This document shows positions 17,465 to 29,741 of a stretch of DNA of 64,000 nt, piece after piece. The translations under genes and the position numbers were made by a program. Origin of the DNA: Rhizophagus irregularis (Eukaryota); contig NC_089430.1 of the NCBI RefSeq assembly GCF_026210795.1, positions 2,914,001-2,978,000 on the forward strand, read 5' to 3'. Positions within the stretch are counted from its first letter, which is position 1. Every line of letters starts with the position of its first letter. The notes under the pieces were generated by a model, which saw nothing but the letters and a program-made list of their open reading frames with translations, was not told where the DNA came from and searched no databases.

Positions 17465-19045
17465 TAGAGTTCCAAATGATTCCAGTTTAAACTAGAAACT
17501 AATCTGAAACTGATCAAAAATTCAGTTCAGCTCTCAGTTCAGTTTTAGAACCAGAACTATCTGGTTTAATTCAGTTTTATTTAATTTTAAGAAAAAATGT
17601 GAAAAAATGAATACACACGCATCTAGTGATCATACAAAAACGAACTATAGCTCATTGGATTCCTCTCACTGAGATGCGTCGAATAGTGATAAAATCATAT
17701 TTCTAGCATTGGTAGATTACTCAATAATACATGGTAAGTATTTCTTAAACAATTCATATTAGCAAATGATCCATTAATGCTAGAAACATAAATTTACCAC
17801 CATTCAACTCATTTCAGTGAGATAAATTTAATGAGCTATAATTTGTCTTTTTATAATCATTGGATAGTAGATAAATTTACGTTTCGCATTTTTTAAATTT
17901 TTAAACGTTAAAAATTAAAATGCTGATATGAGCAATTAATAAGGATGGCCCTGAAATTGATTTGGTAAAAATCTGAAATCCAAAATTCTAAATCTGAAAT
18001 CCGAAATTTTTCCAAAATTAATTCATAATTTCATAATTCCAGCCAAAAATCGTAATTCTGGTAAAAACGGATACATCAATCATTTCTATATTTGACGATA
18101 GCCATTCCACAAAAATCGATTTTGGCAGGAACAAATATGGAATCTTGTGTAACATCGATTTCCATTTTAGGAAATTCCATAATTCATGCCGGAATTAAGT
18201 GCATAATTCTGGCCAAATTTATATATTTAATTTCAGCATTTCAGCTGGAATTTCAGATTTCGGAATTTCAGATTTAGCTGGAATTACAGTTACAGTTTCA
18301 AAATATCGGCAAATCTGAAATATTTCGGATTTGGGGCCATCTTTAGCAATTAAATGCTATTTATTGATCACACAAGGACAAATTTTAGCTTATTAGATTT
18401 ATCTTACTGAGACGAGTTAAATGGTAGTAAATTTATGCTTTTAGCATCAATAGATCATTTGCTAATACAAATTTTTTAAAAGATACTCACCATGGATTAG
18501 TGAGCGATCTATCACCACCATTTGATGCATTTCAGTGTGAGGATTCCAATGGGCTATAGCTCATCTTTATACAATCACTGAATTGCGTTTAATCACTTGT
18601 ATCAGCATTTTGATTTTTAACGTTTAAAAATTTAGAAAAAAATGCAAAATGTTAATTTATTTACCATCAAGTGATCATAAAAAGACAAATTATAGTTCAT
18701 TAGATTTATCTCGCTGAGACACATCAAATAATAGCAAATCTATGTCTCTAGCATCAATAGATCATTTGCTAATGCGAATTGTTTAAAATACACTTACTAT
18801 AAATTATTGAACGATTTATCAATGCTAAAGACATGATTTTACCACCATTCAACACATCTCAGTGAGAGAATTCTAATAAGCTATAGCATAATCACTAAAT
18901 GTGTGTGTATTCATTTTTTCACATTTTTTCTTAAAATTAAATAGAACTGAACTGAATCGGACAGTTTCGATTCAGTTCCACTTCAGTTTTTGGTTCTACC
19001 TAAACCACAAAAAAACTGAACTGAATTGACCTGTTCAGAACTTTA
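17465..19045. mobile_element. hAT-like non-autonomous element with long internal inverted repeats
   Basis: Termini TAGAG...CTTTA; 8-bp TSD gtataaat/gtatagat; empty site in the paralog near 37568. Confidence 0.75.
17940..18345. mobile_element. hAT-like MITE (nested)
   Basis: TIR taaggatggccc / gggccatcttta; perfect 8-bp TSD gcaattaa. Confidence 0.85.
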
Positions 19046-19660
19046 GTATAGATATCGCTATCATTAGACTAGAAAGTATAAATCTTCTTTTATTATCATC
19101 TATAGGTGTTCAATATTTTCAATTGAAAGATTTTTTTTCTTCTCATAAATAATCCAAGTTTAGTCTATGTTAGTAGTTATAACATTATCCTCTAATCCAA
19201 TTGTTTTTTATCTTTAAGGTATAATCTTCTTTAGTTATGTTTTATATATAATTTATATATATTATTTTATAAGCTTTTCATTTACATTTTTTTTTATAGT
19301 TTTGACTGTATAAAAACCAAAAAACTAATGAATCTGTATAACTTTTTTTTATTTTCTATATTAATCTCTATTTTCCAAAAACTTTTAATATATTGATCAT
19401 TATAACATGGTTAATAAATTTATATCAGTATATACTAATTGGTATTTGTAATGTTTTTTAATGGATATATAGTATTTTTTTATTAATTTAATATAAAAAA
19501 TACATCATATGGGCTGATTTGTTTACCTTTAATTAAAATATTAATTTTATTACATTTTTATTATACAAAATACTATATAATATATAGTAAATTAGAAATG
19601 AGTATTAAAAAATTTTTATTTAATGTTATTATACTATAATTTGGTAAATATTTCTTTTAA

Positions 19661-20060
19661 ATTATTGCTGTTTTCTAATTACTGTGATCTAGCATTATTT
19701 AATAAAAAAAAAAATTTTTGAAAAAATATGTAAAAATAAAAATTTTATTGTATTTTCAAATAAAGGAGGTATGATTATAAGCTGAAAATTACAATTTTAA
19801 GAAAAAATTTTCAATTTTTAAATAAGTTTACTTATAAGTAACTTTTTAAATTTTGTATAACAAATCATTTTTTAAAAAGTTATTTATAAGCAAACTTATT
19901 TAAAGATTGAAAATTTTTTCTTAAAATTATAATTTTAGCTTATAATCAAATTTCCTTTATTTGAAAATGCAATAAAATTTTTATTTTCACATATTTTCTC
20001 AAAAATTTTTTTTTTTTATTAAATAATGTTAGATCACAGTAATTAGAAAACAGCAATAAT
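19661..20060. repeat. ~400-bp near-perfect palindrome (foldback/MITE)
   Basis: attattgctgttttctaattactgtgatct ... agatcacagtaattagaaaacagcaataat; arms pair over most of the length. Confidence 0.8.
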
Positions 20061-20082
20061 ATAATTCTTAGCACTTACTATA

Positions 20083-20408
20083 TATGTTAAAAATTTGTAT
20101 CTCAACTTAAAACGTAAATATCTTCAGATCCAGTGATCCAATTGGCAAGCTCTTTTTTCATTCATATAGACCAGATCAAAGGCTTTTCAAAGAGCCTAAA
20201 TTTATAAAAAATGGATCAGTGGATCTTAAGATATTTGCATTTAAGCATGTTAAAAAGTTCATACCTCAACTTTAAACGTAAATATCTCCAGATCTAATGA
20301 TTCAATTGGTGAGCTCTTTTTTCGCCTATAAAGTCCAGAATAGGGGCTTTCCAACGAGCCTAAAATTATAGAAAACGGATCAGTGAATCTTGATATATTT
20401 GCATTTAA
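20083..20408. repeat. Two ~165-bp tandem units (TE subterminal repeat)
   Basis: tgttaaaaa...ctcaactt...aaacgtaaatatct...gagcctaaa...ggatcagtg...gatatttgcattta occurs twice. Confidence 0.75.
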
Positions 20409-20805
20409 AGATGGTAATACAAACTCTGACATAAAATAATTATTTTTATTGTTTGAAAATATTTATTTTGATACCATCTTTTATATGATATTTTTATTAT
20501 ACATTTATAAACATTTATAGCTACTAAGGCTATATAAATTTTCGACGTTACTAAACCACACCACTGGTGCCCAACACCACTGGTGTCTGGCACCAGTTTT
20601 TTTTTTCAAAATTTATTTTAGTAAGTGCGAAATTTTTTTTTAAATTAAAGTTATGGTGTATTTTATATTTTGGTTAAAATTATTGTAATCATTACGAAAA
20701 GTTTTTTTTTTTAGAGAAAATTTTATTTGAAAAATATAAATTTATTAAAGTTTGCAAATAAAACTAAGAATTATAGATTATAATAAGCCGTAGACTTCAG
20801 AAATT

Positions 20806-23648
20806 TTAATTTTTTTTTGGGCAGGTTCGCATATTATGCCCTATTTGATTACAAGTCCCACATCGCCTTGACTTGCTTTTACTACTTTCACCATCTACAT
20901 TCACGTTTAATTCCTCATCCACTAAACAAAAAAAAGGTTAATAGGATGTGAATTCACAAAATAAATATAAAGACCTAGTATATACCTGTATTAAGTGCTT
21001 TTCGAAGCTTTTTATGTGATAATTCTTCAGCAATATTGTTCTCTTTATTATTGGTAGATTCATGTATTTGCTTTCTTTTACCTTTATTCCCACTCATATT
21101 TTTAGGCTTTCGGCCTTTTGTTATAATTCTAACAGGATTGCTGATAGTTTGAGCAAATTCTGTATTATGATCACCTTGTACAATTTGAACCATTTCAGAT
21201 TCCAGTTCCTTAGCAAGATTTTCATGCAATTCATAAAGTTCCTCTATTCTACCTGTTTCAATTGCTAAATCAAGTGTTTTTTTCATTATTCCAAAAGTTT
21301 TTCCCCATTGTTGTTTTCGTGTCATTTCTTGGCAAATTTCCTTGGTAAAAATATGGTGTCCACGAATGTTCTCTAAGTGGGAAAGATCCACTTCAACCAT
21401 ATATTCTACCGTACCAAATTCATTGTCTGATATTACTGAAATTGCTGGTGTGTGTAAAAATATCAAATCCATCTCCATAACTTTTGCATTTGTATACCAG
21501 CGCCGCGGTATAAGTCCAATATGAAATTTAGAAATTGAAGAAACAAGCATTACTGCAAAAAAATGGCGACATACAAGGCCATGGCTTATTAATGTCAGGC
21601 ATGTGCACAGATGCATAGTATTGTCATAAAGTACAATAAAATGCTTGCTTTTTTTATTGATGGAAGAAACACGCCAAAGTTCATTTATTCTGGTTAGATC
21701 CAAATCTGCAATCAATTGTGCAAGTTCTATAACACATGCATCAAACATGTCTTCAGAAAACATGCCTGTTGGTGATTCAGCAGTTTCCTATAAAAAAACA
21801 AAATAATTAAATTTGTATGTCATGGTGAAAATAATAATGAGATAAACATTGATTCATACCTGTTTTTGAAGTTCATTTTCCAAGTTAGCTATATGACATC
21901 GGTAATGCATACTGCGGTTCATTTCATGTCTTTGAAGTTTAAGGACTGCTGGCGTTAAGAATTGCTGACACAATACATCAACTTCTTTAAAATAATGATT
22001 ATGGTAATCTTCTTCTTGGCTTACAGGAAGTTTACCAATAGTTTCATTTAATCTAACATACCGGCTCTCTTTTTCTAATAACCTTTCAATTGTACGCTCA
22101 AGTTCTATAAGGGATGATGATCCACTAACATTATTTTTTATAATACCATTGTATGACTCCACACGTTGTGTACTCTGAATTCCAGCATTAAATGCACGAT
22201 GGGTGAAGCATAATGCCCAGGCTTCTCTGCAAGGATAAAGCTGGCGTTGCAAATAATTTTTTGCATCAGGATATTCATTTAATAATGTAGTCCATCTCTC
22301 TTCAAAAATTGATTCAACCCGACTATTACGTGTAGAACAAAAGGTTGCAAAAAATTTCTTCCACTTTTCACCATGATATTTACTTAGAAAATGCTTCTCC
22401 AAGTTTTTTCTAATATGAAATAAACAAAAATGATGCTTTGTTGCTGGCCAAGAGCTTCTTGCTGCTGCAATCATCGCGGGATCTGCATCAGTATAAAGTA
22501 ATGATGGTGCTAATCCTCCTGTTGCTTTGGAAATACTTGCAAATAACCATGAAAAAGTATCTTTTGTTTCATCTGAAACTATGGCAGTTGCAGCAAGACG
22601 GGAACGATTGTGATTATCTACCAATATTACAACACACAAAATCATAGAAAAACGGTTAGTTTTTGCTGTCGTATCAAGCAAAATAACATCATGAAAATGA
22701 GCCCATAGTTCTTGTTGATTTGGACTCATCCAACAGAGTCCAACAAGATGATTATCATGACCTTCAAAACGTGCATCAACATGAAATGTTGGATTTTCTT
22801 GTTGTTGGTTCATAAGTGCAAGATACATTGAACCGGCATCACTTGTAGTCTGATTTTGATGTCGAAGTGTTTGAACCAAATTGTAAATATTACGTGCATG
22901 AATATATTTTTCTGGATACTTGTGCTGTAATACTTCAATAATTGTACCAGCACGCACTCCACAGGCAGCAAAAAGTGCAACATCGTCATACATTTCTGGA
23001 GTAAGCTTGCGAAAGTGAGGTGTAACCATCCTAATATTATCCACTAAATCATGATTATGTTCGCCATCAATTTTTGTAATATGGATAAGATTGTCTTTTT
23101 TTCGGCGATAAGCATTAACATGAAATTTGCAGTCAGTTGTGTGATGTCCTCTATTACGATTTTCATCTGTATGTGCATTTTTTTGCTGATTGTATGATCG
23201 GCCTTTTGAACATGCATAAATACGACGCCGAGGAAAACCATCTTCTTTATCTTTATCACTATGAGTAATTGTGAATGCAAAACCCCGTTCCAACCCATGA
23301 TTTTCAAGGAATCTTAAATGGTAAAATAAAAAAAAATTTTTTTAATATCATATTATTAAAAAGAATAAATGTGCAATGATAACAAAGTACGAAAAATAAT
23401 TTCCAGTAAACTTACTCGTCAAGTTTTTTCCAGTTTGTGAACGTCATTTCAAGTGTAATAGGATAAAGTGGCTCAAGGTTTTCAATTTCTTCATAGTCAT
23501 CCTCAAAAAACTCATTTAAAACTTCTTTTTCGCTTGAAATAATTGTTTGTGTATCATCAGAAGTATCTTTTAGAATTTCAAAGTCATTAGTATGGTCATG
23601 TACGTTTTCTTCAATATGAAATGGTGTGGAAATATTGTGGGAAGTCAT
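20806..23648 (-). CDS. Mutator-like (MULE/FAR1-related) transposase: FAR1 DBD + MULE DDE + SWIM + CCHC knuckle; apparently intact, 4 exons
   Basis: Exons 23648-23416, 23312-21860, 21787-20986, 20921-20806 splice in frame. Motifs: LLDTTAKTN, YTDAD, CLFH, STQRVESYN; SWIM CTC...VCRH; RCGTCNQIGHNMRTC. Candidate own inverted repeats taaaccacacc at ~20552 and ~23855. Confidence 0.92.
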
Positions 23649-23938
23649 ATTAGTTATATTAGAATAACGGATAAAATAAAACCGATAGTCCGACACGGAT
23701 ATCAGGATAAAAAACTACCAAACAAATAAAAATGATGTAACACGATGTAACTGGTCGACAGGTCGTGTCTGATGTAACTGGTGTAACTGGTAAACAAATA
23801 CTGAAATAAATCACGTGATAATACGATGTGGTGTTGAACACCGCGGTGTGGTTTATAATTTTTGTAAATTTTTATTTTACTTTATATTTTATTAAAATAT
23901 ACTTACTTTTTAATAATATATGTTAAAAATTCCATTTA

Positions 23939-24101
23939 TATGTTGTGCCTTAGATTGATTCTTGCCTCAGATTAAAACTGATCACGTGCATTACATATAT
24001 GGTAATTTTACTATGTAGATCATCACGTGTATATACATAATTCGTCACATCCTATTGGTAGTTTTAATCTGAGGTAAGAATCAATCTGAGGCACAACATA
24101 T
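23939..24101. mobile_element. TA-flanked palindromic MITE (Tc1/mariner-type)
   Basis: tatgttgtgccttagattgattcttgcctcagattaaaact ... agttttaatctgaggtaagaatcaatctgaggcacaacata. Confidence 0.8.
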
Positions 24102-24380
24102 ATGAGAAATGGGTTTTTTATTAGTGAAATAGGTTTTTTTATAGCTCTTTTACATTTAATAATTTAAGTTTTACAAATGTAAATTTTTGGTCAACTTATT
24201 ATTTAGTCAAGTGATCATTAATCAGATGATTTTTTGGTATTACAAAACAATTTTAAGTAACAAAAATTGTGAAAATCAATCAATAACTCCTTTTAATACA
24301 GAGTAGACAAATCAGCCCATATGTTAATATTAATAGTTTATTTCTTTTTTGTATTTTTTGTAAAAATGCCAGCTAGACGA

Positions 24381-24677
24381 GGACCTGAATAATATTGATA
24401 CAACTCATATTTGAATTTGCATAGAGTTTATATTAAAATTTTTCAAAAGTTGTATATTATAGGGATATTTTCAAAATTTCGTTATCCTACATACTCCTAT
24501 TTTTAATATAACCAGTAATTCAATTTTAATATCATTGGATTCGTCTTGATAAGAAGATTCTAATGATAGTAAAATTGCATTTCTAGCTTTAATATTGACA
24601 GAGTTATGTCATAAAATATATTTTTATTTCAGTATTTAAAGTTTACTTGTAAGTTATATTAGTATTATTCAGGTCCT
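24381..24677. mobile_element. MITE with 8-9 bp TSD (MULE-like)
   Basis: TIR ggacctgaataatattgata / tattagtattattcaggtcc; TSD gctagacga/gctagatga; empty site in the paralog at ~38305. Confidence 0.8.
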
Positions 24678-25999
24678 GCTAGATGAACTGGATTTTAAAA
24701 ATGCAATGTCTATAAATACAGTTGTATCTTTAAATGAAATTGTAAATAAAGTATTATTAAAACTGAAAATTAAACAAGAACCAGCTAACAAAAATTTTCA
24801 AAATTATACATCTTCAGGTGATGCAATATATACTTATAAACACATATAATTCTTTATAAAAGTAACCACATATTAAACAAGAGCTGTTTAATGAAAATTC
24901 TCAGAATTGTGCTTCATTAAATGATGCAAAACCTATAGATGTATTTGTTCCTTCAAATAATATTAAAAATGTGGAACTAGAAATCAAATAAAAATCTGAA
25001 TATTCTAAAAATTCTAAAGATTTTGAATTAAAAGAAATTTAAAAAGAAAAAAGCAAGTAGAAAAAAATAAAAAATAACTTAATTTCGGCATATTTTTATA
25101 TGCAAAATTATGTCCAAATTGTAAAAAAAGTTAATTCTTCTTTGATTAAAAAAAAATCATGCATTTTAAATCCTGTTGTAATTTTAAAAAGTATTAGATA
25201 GAAGAACAAGAATTGACAATAATAATAAAGGTAGTGGACTATAAATGAAACATTTATTAATATTTATTTATTTTTTTTTATAAGTTTATATAATCATTTT
25301 TCATATTTCAAAGGTAAAAGTTCTTTGATTTTTTTTATTTTTTGAATGAAATATTAATAATTAACATTTTATTTTTCTTTTTTAGATTTCAGCCATAGGT
25401 TTTTTTGGGATATTTCAAAAGTAAAGTAAATGAGGATTTCAGGTAAGTTTTCTTTACATTTTTTAATGAAATATTTATTAATATTTTATTTTTATTTTGT
25501 AGGTTCTTGAATGGCTCTTTACATAAAATTTCATTAGATAACTTTTTTATTTTATTTTATTAATTTTATACATAATTTACATTAGATAGTTACAGTAATA
25601 GTGATAAATACAATTTGTAAATACAGTAATTAAATAATATTAATAAAACATAATGCTTTATATAAAATTATATTAATTTATGCATTTTTTTATACTTAAA
25701 ATATGTTGTTAAATGGTGTTATTTTCATTGCTCAACACTTAAATTGAGTTGTACAACGTATTTTTAAATGGTGTCAATTGAGGTTTGTAATACTTTTTAA
25801 CCTAATATTTGTTAACACATTCAATGCCCTAAAAAATTTCCTAATATAATCATTTTAAAGTGATATATTTTTAAAATTTAGTTTAAAAACCTGAACAAGT
25901 ACATGAAAAACAAAAAAATACTTTACTATGTGGTAATCAAACAAATTTTATACTTTGTTTTTCATGTAATAGCCAAATTAACCAAGATGTTAAAATATT

Positions 26000-26286
26000 A
26001 TTAATTATTGTAATTTCTCCTCCAGTAACAGGTGATACTTCTTTTCAACAATCACAAATAAATAAAATTTCAATTATGATTATCTATCAAAAAAATAATC
26101 AATTATTTCCTTTTATTCTACCAGTAAATGGATTTCTTACATATTCCCACTTTTTAAAAATTCTACAGATTTTGTTAACAGTAGCTTTACTAATATACAT
26201 CTTTTAGCAAATTCTTTCTGTGTAAAACCTTCAGCCTGACAGTAAATAATTCACCATCTTAAATCTTCACTTAAACTTTTTTCCAT
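26000..26286 (-). pseudogene. Tc1/IS630-like transposase N-terminal HTH remnant (paralog at ~39690-39957)
   Basis: Minus-strand translation MEKSLSEDLRW*IIYCQAEGFTQKEFAKR / YISKATVNKICRIFKKW with a stop and a frameshift. Confidence 0.6.
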
Positions 26287-26749
26287 TTCAATCTAAAATT
26301 ATTTTAATAAGTTTTAATGTTAATATAATTTGATTTTGAAAGAATATTCATTATTACTTATTTGAAGGAAAAAACCAGTTTAAAAACTTATATGAAAATT
26401 CGCAAATTTTTTATATGGTGAAAATCGCACCATTTTGCAAAACAGCAATAAAAAGAAACCAACCCACTTCACTATACTACAATTGTTATAATAGCAATAT
26501 CAATTTTTAATAATGATGGTATTTATAGTTAGAGCTTCATAGAAAAATGAAAGAATCAGAAGCAATTAATAATTCATGAAAAAGAAAAGAATCATGCTTT
26601 TTGAAAGATAATAAGAAAAAAAAAAATAAGCATTATGTCTTACTAGTCTCTACTTTTAAAAAGTGGATTATACTTTTGAGATACAATTATGATCTACTAA
26701 TTCTACTTTGAGTATTGATAAGAAGCAAAATTATGTTTCAAAATATATT

Positions 26750-27274
26750 TCAGTAATTTTGAAACACATCAGAGCTTTTTACGCCTATATCTTTGTAATT
26801 ATACAAAAATTTTAGCGGTTCATAACGATAAGACATGTACAATTTACCACTACCACCCAAGTATATCATTGCATTAGTGTCTTCTAAACCAATACAAACA
26901 ATTAAGGTCTCCCCATATTCTTTTAATTCTTCTCCATAAATATAAGTTGATATTGATCCATAGAGATTAAATCCTCGCACATAACCATCTTTATCAACAT
27001 CTAATGGAATATAAGCATAAGGATACTTCGCACAAAGTTCCTCAATTTTTGATTCCTTTTCATCATCCGACTCTAGTGATTCAAGTTCAAGCTGACGAAA
27101 TTGGTTAAGTACCTCAATAGTACGTTTACAAAACCTGTCAGCATCGTTTTCTTTTCTCCAAAAATTATCAGTATACGCTCGTGGAGCTGGTGGCAGATCA
27201 GTGAACAAATCATTTTTAGATTTATCACTATTGGGCTTGGGATGTGTTTCTGGCTTTGGATGTGTCTGTCCCAT
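26750..27274 (-). CDS. 174-aa protein with predicted SUKH/US22-like fold and possible N-myristoylation (MGQ); copy 1
   Basis: Intact, intronless ORF conserved in the duplicate. Pattern EELCAKY...EYGETLIVCIG...AMIYLGGSGKLY...LKFL matches the SUKH/US22 hallmark by eye. Confidence 0.7.
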   Translation of the reverse strand: MGQTHPKPETHPKPNSDKSKNDLFTDLPPAPRAYTDNFWRKENDADRFCKRTIEVLNQFRQLELESLESDDEKESKIEELCAKYPYAYIPLDVDKDGYVRGFNLYGSISTYIYGEELKEYGETLIVCIGLEDTNAMIYLGGSGKLYMSYRYEPLKFLYNYKDIGVKSSDVFQNY

Positions 27275-29741
27275 TTTTTTCGTGAAGAGACTTTTCTAGT
27301 CAAAATGATATTACCGTATAAAATTATAAATATAGTCATTTACTCATTGTTGTCTAAAGTAAGTAGTAAATCTTTTATTCCGTTTTTGGCAGTGTATACT
27401 GCATAAGTAATAATATTTCGTGGTACGTCATTATATCACAGGAACAATTGCATATTCTTGTATTAATAACTAACTCGCGTAAAGTTCTTTAAAGATCAAG
27501 TTAACGTAATTTTCCCTTCCAAAATCGATTAGACCCACTACAAATCATATAAAAAGGCGAGGCTCTGGTTAGTGAATTCTTTATCTGTTTTGTACAATAA
27601 AATAAAAATATATTACATCCATTTTTTTTTACTTTTTTGTTTTTCTGGAAAAGCCAAACGTCCACCGCCAATTCGGTCGCACATGGAACGTCTGAAGGAA
27701 GTGAACTCAGTTTGCCACCGCCACTTGGTCTGTACATGAATAGATTTGACGTTCCCAGAAGTTTGCCGCACGAAGCCACCTTGGTGGAGAAAATGACGAA
27801 GAAACACGAAGAGACACTCGGGCGGAGCACCAAGGGAAAAAAAAGGAAAAAGGAAATATCACTTTGAAACGTAAAAGTGTAGAATATCAAAAAAGTAAGT
27901 CACGTGAGTTCACCGACAATCATAAATCACGAGGTTCAGCATATTCAGCATTAATTTTCTTGACGATCCTGCCAGCTTCACATAAAATAAAATCAGCATT
28001 AATTTTCATTAATTTTCATGCAACAAAAATAAACATTTTTATGTCATTTTTTTAATTAACAAGTTACTTCAAAAGTCATACTTTTTCAATATGAAACTCG
28101 CAGAAGATTGTGTAATAAATTCGGTTATGGTATACAGTTACTTAACTTCAGATTTATGGAGTTTAAGGCATTACATTGATTGGATTTTTAACGTGATTTT
28201 CCATTATGGGAGACATGTTTGACAGCCTTTGCTCACTAGGTTAGATAGTTAAGCAAAAATTGGTATTATAACCTATTTGTGTTATTGCTAACCAGATTGC
28301 CAAAAATAAGGAGGTGAATGTCAATAATAAGACACTGCTTTGTCATTTCACCATTTCAGTACAGAATTCCATATAATTCAGCTTTCTGAAACTAAGGTAC
28401 TTATGGAATGATGTATGAACAAATATTCAATGGAAAATATGGCAAATCCATTTATGAGGTTGGTTGATGCTTATTAAAAAGGTTTAGTTTATATTGATTT
28501 ATGATCTAGACTCACATATAGAAAAAAAATAGTCTATGTGCAAAAAGAAGAGGAATATTTGCTTTAGTTGCAAAAATACATTCTAAAAACAAAAGGTAAT
28601 TTACCAGTCTTTATTTTTGACTAAGTAATATTATTCAAGAATACTGAAATTTTCTATTCCTATCCTGTGATCCAAAACAATGGTAATTTAAATAAAGGTA
28701 ATGATCCATCACTCTTATCAACTTCTATCTATGCTAGCAAAACCAATGTTAAGCAGAAAAAGCAAAACTGCTTAACAATTATAGGAAAGTGAGTATAAAT
28801 TCTTTTTGTTAGAAAAGTAGGCAGAAAATAATCTTTTGAGATTGTCTAATATTCAAAACTTTGATATTTAAGGTTTTGGATTGACCTAGCAGATAGGAGG
28901 TCAAACAAATTATTGCTGATGTATAAAATGTAAAAAATACTAATCAAAGGCATTCTTTATACTAGGGCAATAATTACAGAATTACACGAAAATAGAAAAA
29001 AAGGATGGTTTTGCAGACAGATTCATGTGAATTTTACAGAAATTGAAACATTCATAGTGTGATAATTAATGAAACTATTAATGGAACTATTGCAATAGTG
29101 ATATTTTTGCAGTAAGGAAATTAGGTTATTCCAAATTAATTTTTAGTTTAATGTTCTCCCTCTCTCTCTATTTTTGAAAATTTTAAAATAATTTAAACAC
29201 AATATGTTTACATGTTTAAAGCACCTTCTCTTTTTTCTGAAATTTGATACTGAATATTTCTAATTTTACTGAAAACTTCTGGAATTTTAATATGTTTAAA
29301 TATCATGTTTGTTTAAATTAGCATAACAGAAGTCCCATTTTGATCTATTGTTACACAAACTATTTATACAGCGTATACAATAGTATATATATAAGATTTA
29401 CAATGGTCATATTTGCAACACATGAAGGACGCGACCATATACTCTGAAATTTTATCAGTATATTCTTTAAATACTACTCTAACATAATAACTAATGAGAT
29501 CTCTAAGATCTCTTAGTTTGCGAAAGTTTACTTAGACAGGACTTTTGCTTATTATTATACCATATGACATTATAGTTGTTTCATACAATTTCACAAAACA
29601 CAAGCAATAAAATTTAGTAATATCGAACGTATTTGATAATTTACTTGGCAGTTGACATATGATAGGTTTGGTATTATAAATTGTCAATGATTTATTATTT
29701 ATTATTATATAATACAAAAAGTTTAATTCTTACTACTATTA

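Larger units (their letters stand above)
19506..24323. mobile_element. Composite TIR element (catatgggctgatttgt termini) containing a MULE transposase gene and MITEs
   Basis: ~22-bp TIRs catatgggctgatttgtttacc / gagtagacaaatcagcccatatg; absent from the paralog (aaatacat|taatatt at ~38260). Confidence 0.8.
13806..28110. repeat. Segmental duplication copy 1 (paralogous to 36333-41770), expanded by later TE insertions
   Basis: Collinear, same-orientation match from ...gtatacatattgctcaa to ...tttttcaatatg(a/g)aact; insertions in one copy have empty sites in the other. Confidence 0.9.
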
